A stretch of 64,000 nt of DNA from an uncultured Candidatus Saccharibacteria bacterium (lineage in GTDB: Bacteria; Patescibacteriota; Andersenbacteria; UBA10190). The translations under genes and the position numbers were made by a program. The stretch's first letter is position 1. The number at the start of each line of letters is the position of its first letter. The notes below the pieces were generated by a model that was given only the letters and a program-made list of their open reading frames with translations, ran no database searches and was not told the origin of the DNA. Of this stretch, positions 28,300 through 38,756 are shown piece by piece. The stretch lies in the NCBI GenBank assembly GCA_964371255.1, contig CAYJKV010000001.1, positions 163,140 to 227,139 on the forward strand, in the 5' to 3' direction.

Positions 28300-29175
28300 T
28301 CATTTTTTCACATATTTCATGCCGCCGAGGTTGTCGACGGCGTCGATCAATTCTAGTTCGGTTAAGGTGACTGACAGGATGGGCGAGGGTAGACGGGTGA
28401 TAGATACTAACTGATCGACATGCAGAGGGGTGGAGGATAGAGCGGCCATGACAATTTTTTGCTGGTCGGTGAGAGTGGCTGCTAAAACGTGGTTTGCAGT
28501 GGCGACGACTGGATCAATGTTAAGCAGTGCGAAAACATCTTCGGCAGTCAGTAGGGGTGTGGCGCCTTGTTGTATAAGTTGATTTGTGCCGGCTGATAAT
28601 AAGTCTGTAATATTGCCGGGGATGGCAGCAACATCTCGACCGTATTCCAGCGCGAGACGGGCGGTGATAAGCGAGCCGGAGCGGGCGGCGGCTTGAACGA
28701 CTAACGTGGCCATCGTCAGACCGGCGATGATGCGGTTGCGAGCGGGGAAATGAAATTGCAGCGGGGCTGTGCCGGCAGGAAATTCTGAAATTATCACTCC
28801 GCCGTGGTCGATTATGGCGTTGGCGAGCTTCACATGGAGTCGAGGGTAAATTGAAGCATCGTCAATACCGGAGCCTAATACCGCAATAGTTGGCGTGTTA
28901 TTAGCGAGACACAAATTGTGGGCAATAGAATCGATGCCGTAGGCTAAACCGGAAACAAGCGGCACACCGTTTTTAACTAAAGGGGTTAACAGGCGCTCGA
29001 TGGCTTGTTTGCCATAGAAAGATGATTTACGACTGCCGACGACGGCGAGTAGGGGAGAAGCATTAAGAATGGCGGCGTTGCCTCGATAAAAAAGTGGAGT
29101 TGGCGGGTCGGAAATTTCATTCAGCAGGGCGGGGTAGAGAGGACTGTCGAGGGTAAGTGTCTGGATGTCGGACAT
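28300..29175 (-). CDS. dprA: DNA processing protein DprA (Smf)
   Basis: Rossmann-like DprA core (LLAVVGSRKSSFYGKQAIERL...GLAYGIDSIAH). Sits immediately upstream of topA, the conserved smf-topA arrangement. Confidence 0.88.
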   Translation of the reverse strand: MSDIQTLTLDSPLYPALLNEISDPPTPLFYRGNAAILNASPLLAVVGSRKSSFYGKQAIERLLTPLVKNGVPLVSGLAYGIDSIAHNLCLANNTPTIAVLGSGIDDASIYPRLHVKLANAIIDHGGVIISEFPAGTAPLQFHFPARNRIIAGLTMATLVVQAAARSGSLITARLALEYGRDVAAIPGNITDLLSAGTNQLIQQGATPLLTAEDVFALLNIDPVVATANHVLAATLTDQQKIVMAALSSTPLHVDQLVSITRLPSPILSVTLTELELIDAVDNLGGMKYVKK

Positions 29176-29369
29176 GAATATAGTTTAACCTAAACAGCTT
29201 CAGTAATATAAATATTCGGTGATTACAGTCTAAGGTCCAATCATGTGTCCCCGCCCTAGACATAGCACTGCCCGCTGCGGACGAGAAAACCCTAATGACA
29301 AAAACACGGAAAAATTAAGACAAAATCCCACGAGCAAATTGGTATCAAAAGTTCAAGACGAAGGCGGGT

Positions 29370-32264
29370 TCAGTCGAGCGTGTTTAGCATAATGATAATT
29401 TGTTGCAATGTGTGCGGCGTTATCGACGGGGCAGTGAGGACCAGGTCGTTGTTGTTGATAGACCAATCATCGGTGAGACGTGGAGTCAGGCCGTCACCTT
29501 TAGGGAGACGCGCAAAGGAGAGAATTATCCGATAAAATGGCCGCCGCTTTGACGGAGTGATGTGGCGGGTGTCGATCAAGAGAACCTGGTGGCGGGCGGC
29601 CAAGTGTTGTATTTGCAGTAGGCGATAGAGGTTTTGTAAAGGCATAGGCGGAGGGCCATATTGATGAGTGATTTGGGTCATATTTTCCGCTAAGTCTGCC
29701 AGGGTTCGCGAGCGGGATAGTTTTTGGTAAAAGCTGGTGCGCTCGGCTAAATCCGGTAAGTAGGACGTCGGAATGTGAGCAGAAACGGGCAGGTTCGTAT
29801 TAATATCGTGGCGCAAGGCGGGACCGCCGGTGGTTTGATCAATGGCGTCATTAACCATATCTAAATAGAGTTGGACGCCAACAGCGTTGACGGAGCCAGA
29901 CTGTTGTTCTCCCAGAAGATTGCCGGCCCCCCTAATTTCCAGATCGCGACGGGCCAGGGACCAACCCGATCCTAGACGTGAAGCTTCGGTGAGAGCGGTT
30001 AGGCGCTGGCGTTGAATGGAGGTTAGTTCGGTTTGGTTGTAAAGAAATAGGGCATAGCCCTGCTGCTTCCGGCGACCAATGCGACCGCGGAGCTGATACA
30101 GGTCAGACAGACCAAAATGAGTCGCGTGAGTCACGACGAGAGTGTTGGCGTGAGGCAAGTCCAGCCCGTTAGAAATAATGGTGGAACTGATCAAAATATC
30201 GACCAGGCGCTGATCAAACCGTTGCATAGTCGTGGCGATTTGCTGGCTGGACATTTGGCCGTGCAGTAAGGCGATGCGGGCAGTCGGTGCCAGGCCGGCG
30301 ATGCGATGGGCGAGCGCAGCCAGCTGACGCACCTTGGGGGCGACAATATATATTTGTCCTTGGCGTTTAAGCTCGCGATGCAGGGCTTGTTTGATGACAG
30401 CATCACTGTCCCGGCCGACCCAGGTAAAGACGTTTTTGCGGCCGGGCGGGGCGGTACTGATAACTGACAGTTGTTTTAGGTTAGACAAGGCCATGGATAA
30501 GGTGCGGGGAATGGGTGTAGCGGTGAGAGAAAGGAGGTCTAAGCGGGACCGAAGTTTTTTAAAATGCTCCTTATGGGCAACGCCAAACCGTTGCTCTTCG
30601 TCGATGATCACCAAGCCTAAATTATGCCAGGTAGTTTTTTTAGACAGCAGAGCATGGGTGCCGATGACGATACTCACTTCCCCGGCCGCAATTTTATTTC
30701 GGACAGCCTGCCGGTCCGCGGTCGTGGAAAAACGTGATAGGGAGGCAATCTGTCTGGCCTGATGAGGCAGACGGCTAATAAATAGGTCATAGTGCTGCTG
30801 GACTAAAATGGTGGTGGGGGCTAAGATGGCGACTTGCTGATGATTGTTGGTCGCGTGACAGGCAGCCCGGATGGCCAATTCAGTTTTTCCAAATCCAACA
30901 TCACCGATAATTAATCGATCCATGGGAGTGGCCGCAGTTAAGTCGCTTTGAATATCTCGCCAAGCCGCGGCTTGGTCAGGCGTTAGCTCGTAGGGAAAAG
31001 TATTGGTCAGCCACTCGTCTAAAACTGGGTCTAAGTAGTAGAGAGGACGGGTAGTTTGCTGCCGCAGAGCTTCATTCTTAAGAAGTTCGCGCGCGAATGC
31101 CGCGGCATCGCGCTGGGCATGACGGCGGCTCTTAAGCCAAATCTGACCGCCCAAGCGATGAATAATGGGAGTGGTTTCGCCGAGGTAGGGGGAAACTTTA
31201 TAAGCGTGTTCGACGGGCACAGACAACGTATCGCCGGCAGCGTAACGAAGAATTAAATAGTCTTTAGTGTAATCGTTGATGGTGCGTTTTTTCATCCCCT
31301 CGTAAATGCCGATACCGTGATCACTATGCACGGCTGGCTTGTTTTCTTGCAGCTCTGTAAGGAGGGCTAGCCCGCGCGCGGAGGAAATCGGTCGAGGCTG
31401 ATGAGTGTTGGGGGGTTGGAGAGCGGGTGGAAGAGAGAGGGTCGGAAACGGGAAAGCTGGCGATAACGAATCGTAGGTTACAGTGCTGGTACCAGATAAT
31501 TGTACATAGGAGGGACGGATAACCGTGGCAAAATCAATTATCTTGTTCAAAGGGTAAAGTTGATCGGGAAAAGCGACCGGCGGGAGATTGAGCATATTCA
31601 ATGTTTGCCGGCGAGGGCCGGAATCATGCTCGATTTTTTCTAAATTGGGACCGTACAGGGTGACGGTATAATATCCTTGATGCAGCGGATGCTGAATCAT
31701 TATTTGTTCGCCGCGGATCATAAATGAGCCTGGCTCCACGGTGGATCGATGCCGGCGGTAACCATGCGCTTGCAACTGTTTAATCAATTCCGCTTGAGAA
31801 ACGCGGGCGTTAACATGCCAAATAAGCTGGTTATGCTGATAGTCAATCGGGCTGGGAAGATTAAGGTCGGCTAAGGATACGGGAATGACAAAGTGATGGT
31901 GCGCGGTACCTGCTAATAAATGGTGAACACCTAAGCTTAAGGTGGAGCAAATGTCGCCGGTAATCTCCTGTTCGGTTAATTGGCCGGAAATAAAATGCCA
32001 TGCCTCATTACCTTTAAGCTGCTGAGTCAAAAAATTTAGATAATTTGTCAGCGCCTGGCCTTGATGAAGCGGCTGGTCAATAAAAAGGATCTTATGTGGT
32101 TGATAGAATGTGGCTAGAAATAACGGTAAATGTTCTGAGGGGATGCTGAGAGGAATGATCCCCGGATGAGTTTTTAATAACCGAACAACGCGGTCGCTAA
32201 AATTGAGCAGTGGCCGTTCCGGCTTGGCGGAGTCTGATAAGGGGGTTTTTAGTATTATATTCAT
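29370..32264 (-). CDS. mfd: Transcription-repair coupling factor Mfd (shortened N-terminus)
   Basis: CarD/TRCF RNAP-interaction domain (DHGIGIYEGM...LSVPVEHAYKVSPYLG) and SF2 helicase motifs (GDVGFGKTE, DEEQRFGV, LTATPIPRTL). Confidence 0.88.
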   Translation of the reverse strand: MNIILKTPLSDSAKPERPLLNFSDRVVRLLKTHPGIIPLSIPSEHLPLFLATFYQPHKILFIDQPLHQGQALTNYLNFLTQQLKGNEAWHFISGQLTEQEITGDICSTLSLGVHHLLAGTAHHHFVIPVSLADLNLPSPIDYQHNQLIWHVNARVSQAELIKQLQAHGYRRHRSTVEPGSFMIRGEQIMIQHPLHQGYYTVTLYGPNLEKIEHDSGPRRQTLNMLNLPPVAFPDQLYPLNKIIDFATVIRPSYVQLSGTSTVTYDSLSPAFPFPTLSLPPALQPPNTHQPRPISSARGLALLTELQENKPAVHSDHGIGIYEGMKKRTINDYTKDYLILRYAAGDTLSVPVEHAYKVSPYLGETTPIIHRLGGQIWLKSRRHAQRDAAAFARELLKNEALRQQTTRPLYYLDPVLDEWLTNTFPYELTPDQAAAWRDIQSDLTAATPMDRLIIGDVGFGKTELAIRAACHATNNHQQVAILAPTTILVQQHYDLFISRLPHQARQIASLSRFSTTADRQAVRNKIAAGEVSIVIGTHALLSKKTTWHNLGLVIIDEEQRFGVAHKEHFKKLRSRLDLLSLTATPIPRTLSMALSNLKQLSVISTAPPGRKNVFTWVGRDSDAVIKQALHRELKRQGQIYIVAPKVRQLAALAHRIAGLAPTARIALLHGQMSSQQIATTMQRFDQRLVDILISSTIISNGLDLPHANTLVVTHATHFGLSDLYQLRGRIGRRKQQGYALFLYNQTELTSIQRQRLTALTEASRLGSGWSLARRDLEIRGAGNLLGEQQSGSVNAVGVQLYLDMVNDAIDQTTGGPALRHDINTNLPVSAHIPTSYLPDLAERTSFYQKLSRSRTLADLAENMTQITHQYGPPPMPLQNLYRLLQIQHLAARHQVLLIDTRHITPSKRRPFYRIILSFARLPKGDGLTPRLTDDWSINNNDLVLTAPSITPHTLQQIIIMLNTLD

Positions 32265-32305
32265 TGACGTTAAGGTAGAATAAGTGTAGACTAGTTTGTT
32301 ATTCT

Positions 32306-33085
32306 ATGGTATTTGAAAAAGAACTCAATAGCTTGGGATTAAAAGAAAAGGAGGCAGCGGTTTATTTGTCGTGTTTGCAATTAGGTCCAGCGTCGGTGCA
32401 GGCTATTGCCAGGAAATCCCGAGTGGTCAGGGCAACCACTTACGTGGTGCTGGAGTCACTAGCACATCTAGGTTTAGTGACACATTATAAGGTTGGTAAA
32501 AAAACATTATTTGCAGCGGAGCCACCAAGACAGTTGACAAGATTGTTGGAAAAGGAGAGAGAAGTAATTGATGAAAAACAGCATAATTTAGAGTTAATTC
32601 TGCCTGAATTGCAGGTGCTGATCAAGGCGGCTGGGGGGCGACCATCAGTGCGGTATTTCAGCGGGCTTGACGGGTTGAGGGCTATTAGACAGGAGATGGT
32701 GATGTATTGTAAGGCTGGTGATGTTTGGTATAATTACACACCAACCGATCATCTAGAGGCCGTTTTTGGCAGAGGTGCAGAGCTTACATATACTGATCAG
32801 CGGGTGGTGAAAGGCATTCGGGCAAAAACATTGTTTTCCACTAAGTCTGATTCTTTGAAGAAAGAATTATTAGAAATGAAAGATAAATATGTAGAGAGGC
32901 GGTATTTACCGGCTAAATATTATAATAGCGCTAGCGGCATAACAATTTATCGTGATCGGGTGGCCATCGGTATATTTGTGGGTAAAATCGGAGGAGTGAT
33001 AATAGATAGTCAGGTCATAGCTGACACAATGCGCAGTTTATTTGAGATGGCTTGGCAAAGTGCAGAAAAGGTTGACAGAGCTTGA
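32306..33085 (+). CDS. TrmB-family transcriptional regulator-like protein
   Basis: N-terminal TrmB-type wHTH (LGLKEKEAAVYLSCLQLGPASVQAIARKSRVVRATTYVVLESLAHLGLV). Confidence 0.72.
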   Translation: MVFEKELNSLGLKEKEAAVYLSCLQLGPASVQAIARKSRVVRATTYVVLESLAHLGLVTHYKVGKKTLFAAEPPRQLTRLLEKEREVIDEKQHNLELILPELQVLIKAAGGRPSVRYFSGLDGLRAIRQEMVMYCKAGDVWYNYTPTDHLEAVFGRGAELTYTDQRVVKGIRAKTLFSTKSDSLKKELLEMKDKYVERRYLPAKYYNSASGITIYRDRVAIGIFVGKIGGVIIDSQVIADTMRSLFEMAWQSAEKVDRA

Positions 33086-33293
33086 ATTGATGTTTAAGTT
33101 AATAGTACAGAAGTAAGGTGCTTCTGCTCACACAATAGGTGTGTGATTTGCTCTTTAGGAATCACAGGAGGAGGACAATGAAATGGTCCATTAAATCACT
33201 CCACTGTGGTCCCGGCCAATGTAGTTGACAGGAGGTTGTTTCGGTGTTCCCAAAGAATAAGGAGAGAACTGGGAAGGGGCTTTCTGTTTGCCG

Positions 33294-33367
33294 CTTGGGT
33301 TCTGGATTGGAATTATCTTGAATACTTTATCCAAATCGTTTCCAGAACCCAAGACGGCTTTTTTCTT
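33294..33367 (+). terminator. Strong hairpin (13 bp perfect stem CTTGGGTTCTGGA / TCCAGAACCCAAG, structured loop) followed by CTTTTTTCTT
   Basis: Read directly. Lies in the 780 bp non-coding gap after the TrmB-like gene and tiny ORFs. Confidence 0.55.
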
Positions 33368-33865
33368 GCGCATTGGTAAATTTTTGATAAGCTTTATGGG
33401 GTTTGTGTTTGTTCTTTGTTGTTGAAATTGGCCGGGGTACCACCCCGTTGGGTTCGTCAAGAAGTTCTTTACTGCCTAAAAACCATCAGGTTAAAAAGCA
33501 GCCTGGAACATTATTGACGAACCCTTTTTCTTTATATTGCGGAGATTAGGTGGTTAGCCGATATAAGCAAAAAGTTGGTTAAGCAGTCTGTGCCGGTTAG
33601 CATTATTAATGCAGTCTTTATTCGATGTATAAATTTGCCAGATGGCGCACTTATTAATGGCTGATTTCTTGACGGGAAATGGTAGTTTGTTATGATTTTA
33701 TGTTCATTGAAATATGTCTTTTTGTCCTGATGATCCCGCTCGGCGCAGTAATATTCCAGAACAACCCCTCCTATAGTTCTGGGTGTTACTCGTCAGTGGG
33801 ATTGTCCGGATAAACAAAGGTAAAAACCAGTGTCGTAAAGAAGAAACTTTATCTATGATAAGGAT

Positions 33866-34369
33866 ATGAAGATAATTTTTGGTTTGGGAAATACCGGGAA
33901 AGAATTTGCCGGCACCAGACATAATTTGGGTGCAGCCACTTTAGCGGCTTGGGAGGAACAGGCGACGGAAGATGAATGCCGATTGGCAACGGTAGTGTTT
34001 CCGCTAGGATTCATGAACAAATCCGGGCCGGACCTGATGACTGAAATGAAAAGGCAACCGGTGGCGGGTGAATTGTTGTTGATCCATGACGACCTGGAAC
34101 TGCCTTTGGGCGAATGTAAGGTAGTGAAGTGCGGAAGCGCTAAGGGGCACAAGGGGGTGCGGTCGGTACTGGAGGTTTGGGAGAGCGATGAGGAAGTAAC
34201 ACGGCTACGAATGGGCATTGGCCGACCACCTGTAAATATGGAGGCAAGCGATTTTGTTTTGGCGCGATTTAGCCAGGACGAGAAAGAGGCCGTGGCGGAA
34301 ATGACCAAGCAGGCGATTTTGCTAATCGATCAGTTTTTATCCCCACACCCAGAAAATGCCGGCCTTTAA
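33866..34369 (+). CDS. pth: Peptidyl-tRNA hydrolase
   Basis: MKIIFGLGNTGKEFAGTRHNLG is the Pth signature. The ATG is 6 nt after TATGAT with no SD. Confidence 0.9.
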   Translation: MKIIFGLGNTGKEFAGTRHNLGAATLAAWEEQATEDECRLATVVFPLGFMNKSGPDLMTEMKRQPVAGELLLIHDDLELPLGECKVVKCGSAKGHKGVRSVLEVWESDEEVTRLRMGIGRPPVNMEASDFVLARFSQDEKEAVAEMTKQAILLIDQFLSPHPENAGL

Positions 34370-34437
34370 AGCCGGTGGTGAATGGTTTTTATAATATCCA
34401 CTAAATAGCCCTGGCCTAAAGGCCAGGGTGTGGGGGT

Positions 34438-36009
34438 TTACTCAGCGTCCAGGCCTAAGATAATCAGCAGGTCGGCAGTCGTGGCGGTTTCACCATCCGG
34501 AAAGGCGGCGAGAGTCTTAGCGTTCAAGATTTGAGCGACTAGAGCGGCGGCGGCTTGTTGGTCTGGTGATGTGTAATAGACTGTTGTCTGCGGTGCGTTT
34601 CTAATGGTCGCGTTACCAACAGCGGTGATTTTATAATCCTCAACTGCGAGTTTATCACCGGTGCGTTTGGCCAAACCGGTTATCGTTGTGCCGTTGCGGA
34701 TTTCAATGGTTGGTAGAGTAACCGGCTCGGGGCTGACTGCCGGTGAGGGGGTAGGGGAGGCTTCCGGGGAAGGATCGGGTGAAGGCACGGGAACAGGAGG
34801 AGAGACAGACAACGCTGCGGGCTCAGATGTTTGATCAAGAATAGTGGAAGATAAGGTTTGTATCTCTGAATAGTCACCGGTGCGAGTACGCAGGATGGAA
34901 GCGGGTACACCGCCCAGAATTTCAGTCCCGCCCACTAACACACCCTTGGGACCAGTTGTTAGAACAACCGAATGGACCTGAGCTGGCTCAACAACACGAA
35001 TGATTTCATATAGGCGTTTCATTTCCCAGAGCTGCATGTCGGTTCGGATTTCATCAGAAACCGAGTTAAGAATGGCGTTGAGTTTAGTGAAGTCGAGTGC
35101 CGTTTGAACGGAAAAAACTTTGTCTCGAGCAGCTAATAAGACTTGTTGCTGGCGGGCGGCCCGTTTAAAATCCCCACCCTCGGGACCTTCGATGTAGCGG
35201 GCGCGGACATAAGCCAAAGCACGTTCCCCGCTCATTTTTTCCTTGCCGGCGGGGAAAGATATTTTGTGCCAATAGTCATAAAAGGAATTATCGATAGTGA
35301 TGTTAACGCCGCCAATGGCATCGACAATACTTTTAAAAGCGGTGAAATCCACCCGAGCGTAATAGTGGATGGGCTGGCCGGTAATATTTTCTACCAATTC
35401 ACTGAGCAAGATCGGGCCGGAATCCATTTTTTGTGATTCGCCATAGGCATGAACGGCATTTATTTTACTGAAGTAATCCCGACCGGGGACCTGGACATAA
35501 AGGTCGCGCGGGATCGACAATAGGGCAGCGCGATTGGTAGAAGGGTCAATACTGGCTACCATAACAGTATCAGCCAGTGATTCTCCTTTGTGTCCGTCAC
35601 CGCCAACAGCGATTAACAGGATATTAACGCGGCCATCACTTTCACCGTAAAGCATTGATCCTTGTTTTAATAAAAGATCTTTTAGCTGGCCGAGTATGGA
35701 ACGATCGGTAACGGTGATCTTATCCCCTGCGGCGATGATCTTATAGCCAAAAATTCCCATAGCGATGATGATGATAACGGTGAGCAGAACGGAGGTGCGC
35801 TTAAGCCAAGAGTGCTTTTTGTGACCGCGCCGGACAAGGTTTTGGCGTTGGTCGGACCGCAAAGCGGTACGACTCTGGTCGGCTGGAACGGCTTTCTGGC
35901 CATGGTTTGATAGGTGGGCAGAAGCAGAGGCAGGCTGGTCTAGACCATAGCGACGTCGGATGATGCCGAACGCTCTTTTTCGTGAGTGGGGCGATGTTTG
36001 TCTAATCAT
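34438..36009 (-). CDS. LCP (LytR-CpsA-Psr) family cell-envelope phosphotransferase with N-terminal TM and C-terminal LytR_C-like domain
   Basis: LCP core (NILLIAVGGDGHKGESLADTVMVASIDPSTNRAALLSIPRDLYVQVPG), a Pro/Ser linker and a C-terminal domain. Confidence 0.88.
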   Translation of the reverse strand: MIRQTSPHSRKRAFGIIRRRYGLDQPASASAHLSNHGQKAVPADQSRTALRSDQRQNLVRRGHKKHSWLKRTSVLLTVIIIIAMGIFGYKIIAAGDKITVTDRSILGQLKDLLLKQGSMLYGESDGRVNILLIAVGGDGHKGESLADTVMVASIDPSTNRAALLSIPRDLYVQVPGRDYFSKINAVHAYGESQKMDSGPILLSELVENITGQPIHYYARVDFTAFKSIVDAIGGVNITIDNSFYDYWHKISFPAGKEKMSGERALAYVRARYIEGPEGGDFKRAARQQQVLLAARDKVFSVQTALDFTKLNAILNSVSDEIRTDMQLWEMKRLYEIIRVVEPAQVHSVVLTTGPKGVLVGGTEILGGVPASILRTRTGDYSEIQTLSSTILDQTSEPAALSVSPPVPVPSPDPSPEASPTPSPAVSPEPVTLPTIEIRNGTTITGLAKRTGDKLAVEDYKITAVGNATIRNAPQTTVYYTSPDQQAAAALVAQILNAKTLAAFPDGETATTADLLIILGLDAE

Positions 36010-36251
36010 GGTATAAAGGTGAGGCGATGAGGATTTTTAGGGATTATATCTGACAGCTATCCTAGGCTAAAGATAAGGATTGAGCAAGGTCAGATTAAAT
36101 ATGTATTCACACTACCATTTTTGCGGGTCTAAAGTATACAAGGGGCAATGATTGGGATATAATAAATACTTATAGGTGGTTAACGTACGGTTTTTTTTGA
36201 GTCGTGGAGCGAGGATGATATGAGAGATATAATTATCAACAAAATATAAGG

Positions 36252-36869
36252 ATGGCTGAGGAAGAACATAAAATAAACAGCGAAGAAATGAAGCCGCACA
36301 TTTTATGGGCGGCGGGACGGTTTTTTTGGGAGCTGATAAAAGTCTTTTTATTAGCGATGGTGATTATTGTACCGATTCGCTATTTCTTGGTGCAGCCATT
36401 TTTTGTCCGCGGCGCTAGTATGGAGCCTAACTTTTACGATGGCGAATATTTAGTAGTGGATGAACTGTCATATTTCTTACGGGAGGCGCGCCGGGGTGAA
36501 GTGATTGTCTTTCGTTTTCCACAAAACCGGTCGCAGTTTTTTATAAAGAGAATAGTTGGGTTGCCGGGCGAAACCGTTAGAATTAATAATGGACGGGTGG
36601 AAATAATGAACGATGATTTCCCCTCAGGCGTGGTGCTTGATGAAGCACAATATCTACCGGACGATATGAGGACGGGCGGCCAAATTATGGTGGAGCTTAA
36701 GGATCAGGAATATTTTGTACTGGGAGATAACCGTCCGGCCAGCTCCGACTCGCGATCATGGGGCGTGTTAAGTGAAGAGGAGATCGTGGGCCGGGCATGG
36801 ATACGTGCCTTTCCGGTAGACAGGCTGGGTGTCATTGATTTTGCGAGACCCGGTTTTGTCTCTTTATAA
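36252..36869 (+). CDS. lepB: Signal peptidase I
   Basis: Catalytic Ser box GASMEPNF, Lys box, and GDNRPASSDSRSWG. Confidence 0.9.
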   Translation: MAEEEHKINSEEMKPHILWAAGRFFWELIKVFLLAMVIIVPIRYFLVQPFFVRGASMEPNFYDGEYLVVDELSYFLREARRGEVIVFRFPQNRSQFFIKRIVGLPGETVRINNGRVEIMNDDFPSGVVLDEAQYLPDDMRTGGQIMVELKDQEYFVLGDNRPASSDSRSWGVLSEEEIVGRAWIRAFPVDRLGVIDFARPGFVSL

Positions 36870-36975
36870 AGACAAGTTGACAAAGGGGGAGATAACGTCT
36901 AATTTTTGAGAACTAACTTTTATGGTAGGAAAGACAAAAAAAAAGCAAGCAGCCAAAACGGATGAGGTGGTAAAG

Positions 36976-38283
36976 ATGCAACAAGCACAGCCGATTCAGG
37001 CGGCGCGTGGTATGCAAGATATTATGCCGGTGGAACAGAAGTATTGGGAGTATGTCGTCGAAGCGGCGAAAATGGTAGCGCGCGGCTGGGACTTTCAACG
37101 GCTCGATACACCATTAGTAGAAGAAACCAGATTGTTTGTCAGGGCGGTGGGGGAAGAAACAGACTTGGTGGGCAAGGAACTGTTTGAATTAAAATCGCGA
37201 GGCAAAGGGTCACAGTATAGCTTGAGACCAGAAGGAACAGCGGCGGTAGTGCGGGCTTATATTGAGCACGGGATGAGGAGCTGGCCTAAGCCGGTCAAGC
37301 TGTTTTATGTTGGGCCGTTCTTCCGATATGATCGACCGCAGAAGGGGCGATGGCGCCAACATCATCAGTTCGGATTGGAGATTTTTGGGGCTAGTTCGCC
37401 TATCAGTGAAGTGGAATTAATGTACATTGAGCATGGGTTCTTGCAGCAGCTGGGTTTGGAAGACTATGTTTTTCACGTCAATAGTCTGGGCGAAGCCGCT
37501 GATCGGAAGACGTATCTTAAATTACTAAAAGAACATTATCGTCGAAATCGATCGAAATTATGCCAGAATTGCAAGCAACGTTTAAATACTAACCCCCTGC
37601 GCATACTGGACTGCAAGCAGGAAAAATGTCAGCAGCTAGCTAAGACGGCACCAAGTATTATTGATCATCTATCAGAGGAAGCCAGGACACACTTTAATAC
37701 GGTGACGCATTTATTGGATGGTTTGGAAATACCTTATACAGTAATGCCATCATTGGTCAGAGGATTAGACTACTACACTCATACAGTATGGGAAATTATG
37801 CCAAAGAAAGTTGTGAACGAAGCGGGCGAGGTGAGTCAACAAAGCAGTTTGGGCGGCGGCGGTCGATACGACGGACTGGTCAAACAACTGGGCGGTAAAA
37901 GAGTAGCAGCACTGGGAGCAGCGCATGGTATTGAGAGGATCATTGACCAGATCAAAGCTGAAAATATTGAGCTGTCATTAACGGACGGTCCGCAGGTATT
38001 TATCGCGCAATTGAGCGAGTCGGCTAAGCTAACAGCCTTAAAAGTCATGCGGGGATTGCAGGAAGCCCAGATTAGATTTGCTGAGAGCATTGACCGGGAT
38101 GGTATGCAGCCGCAGCTAAAGCTAGCTGATCGATTGCATGTCCAATGGGTGGTTGTCGTCGGACAGAAAGAAGCGCTAGACCAGACGGTTATTTTACGAA
38201 ACTTGGATAGCGGAATGCAAGAAGTAGTCGCGCAAAAAGATTTGGTAAATGAACTGAAGAGACGGCTGAATATTATTGATTAG
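36976..38283 (+). CDS. hisS: Histidyl-tRNA synthetase
   Basis: Class II HisRS motifs (RGMQDIMP, FRYDRPQKGRWRQHHQFGLE, GGGRYDGL) and the anticodon-binding domain. Start set at ATG 36976. Confidence 0.9.
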   Translation: MQQAQPIQAARGMQDIMPVEQKYWEYVVEAAKMVARGWDFQRLDTPLVEETRLFVRAVGEETDLVGKELFELKSRGKGSQYSLRPEGTAAVVRAYIEHGMRSWPKPVKLFYVGPFFRYDRPQKGRWRQHHQFGLEIFGASSPISEVELMYIEHGFLQQLGLEDYVFHVNSLGEAADRKTYLKLLKEHYRRNRSKLCQNCKQRLNTNPLRILDCKQEKCQQLAKTAPSIIDHLSEEARTHFNTVTHLLDGLEIPYTVMPSLVRGLDYYTHTVWEIMPKKVVNEAGEVSQQSSLGGGGRYDGLVKQLGGKRVAALGAAHGIERIIDQIKAENIELSLTDGPQVFIAQLSESAKLTALKVMRGLQEAQIRFAESIDRDGMQPQLKLADRLHVQWVVVVGQKEALDQTVILRNLDSGMQEVVAQKDLVNELKRRLNIID

Positions 38284-38343
38284 AGGGAAGAACAATAGAA
38301 AAGGGGCTTGGTTTTCACGCTATATGAATTTATACTGTTGAAT

Positions 38344-38724
38344 ATGAAGTCTAGCACGGCAGTGGCGAGTGACGATCAAGGCGGGGAATGTATTTTTTGT
38401 GCCATCGCCAATGGGAGCACGGAGGCGGAGGTAGTATATGAAAGCGACGAGACAATTTTTTTTCATGACATATCACCCAAGGCTTCGGTGCATGTGGTTG
38501 GGATTACGAAAACACACCTAACTTCATTGACGGAAGCTATCGATAAGAACTTTGAGTTAGCCGCACGTCTATTAAGAGACATTACTATTGTGGCAAAGAA
38601 GTTGGATTTGGATGAGGGTGGGTACCGGGTAATCACTAATGTCGGAAGTAATGCCGGACAAGAAGTGAAACACTTACATTGGCATATTCTGGGTGGAGAG
38701 GGATTGGGGCCGCTGCGTTGCTAA
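38344..38724 (+). CDS. HIT family (histidine triad) hydrolase
   Basis: CIFCAI N-terminus and the histidine triad HLHWHILGG. Start moved to the internal ATG at 38344. Confidence 0.85.
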   Translation: MKSSTAVASDDQGGECIFCAIANGSTEAEVVYESDETIFFHDISPKASVHVVGITKTHLTSLTEAIDKNFELAARLLRDITIVAKKLDLDEGGYRVITNVGSNAGQEVKHLHWHILGGEGLGPLRC

Positions 38725-38756
38725 GAACGGCTAATGTTTTAAATTAAAAAATTGTT

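Noticed and set aside
33191-33460. 89 aa minus-strand ORF in the 780 bp gap
   Set aside because: It has no start context, runs through the 13 bp-stem hairpin and T-run, and has a low-complexity basic composition. It is more likely non-coding.
33360-33866. Housekeeping ncRNA (6S, RNase P, tmRNA) in the remaining 500 bp of the gap before pth
   Set aside because: No conserved P4/P-loop, tag-peptide or T-arm motifs are detectable by eye. This cannot be excluded without a covariance-model scan.
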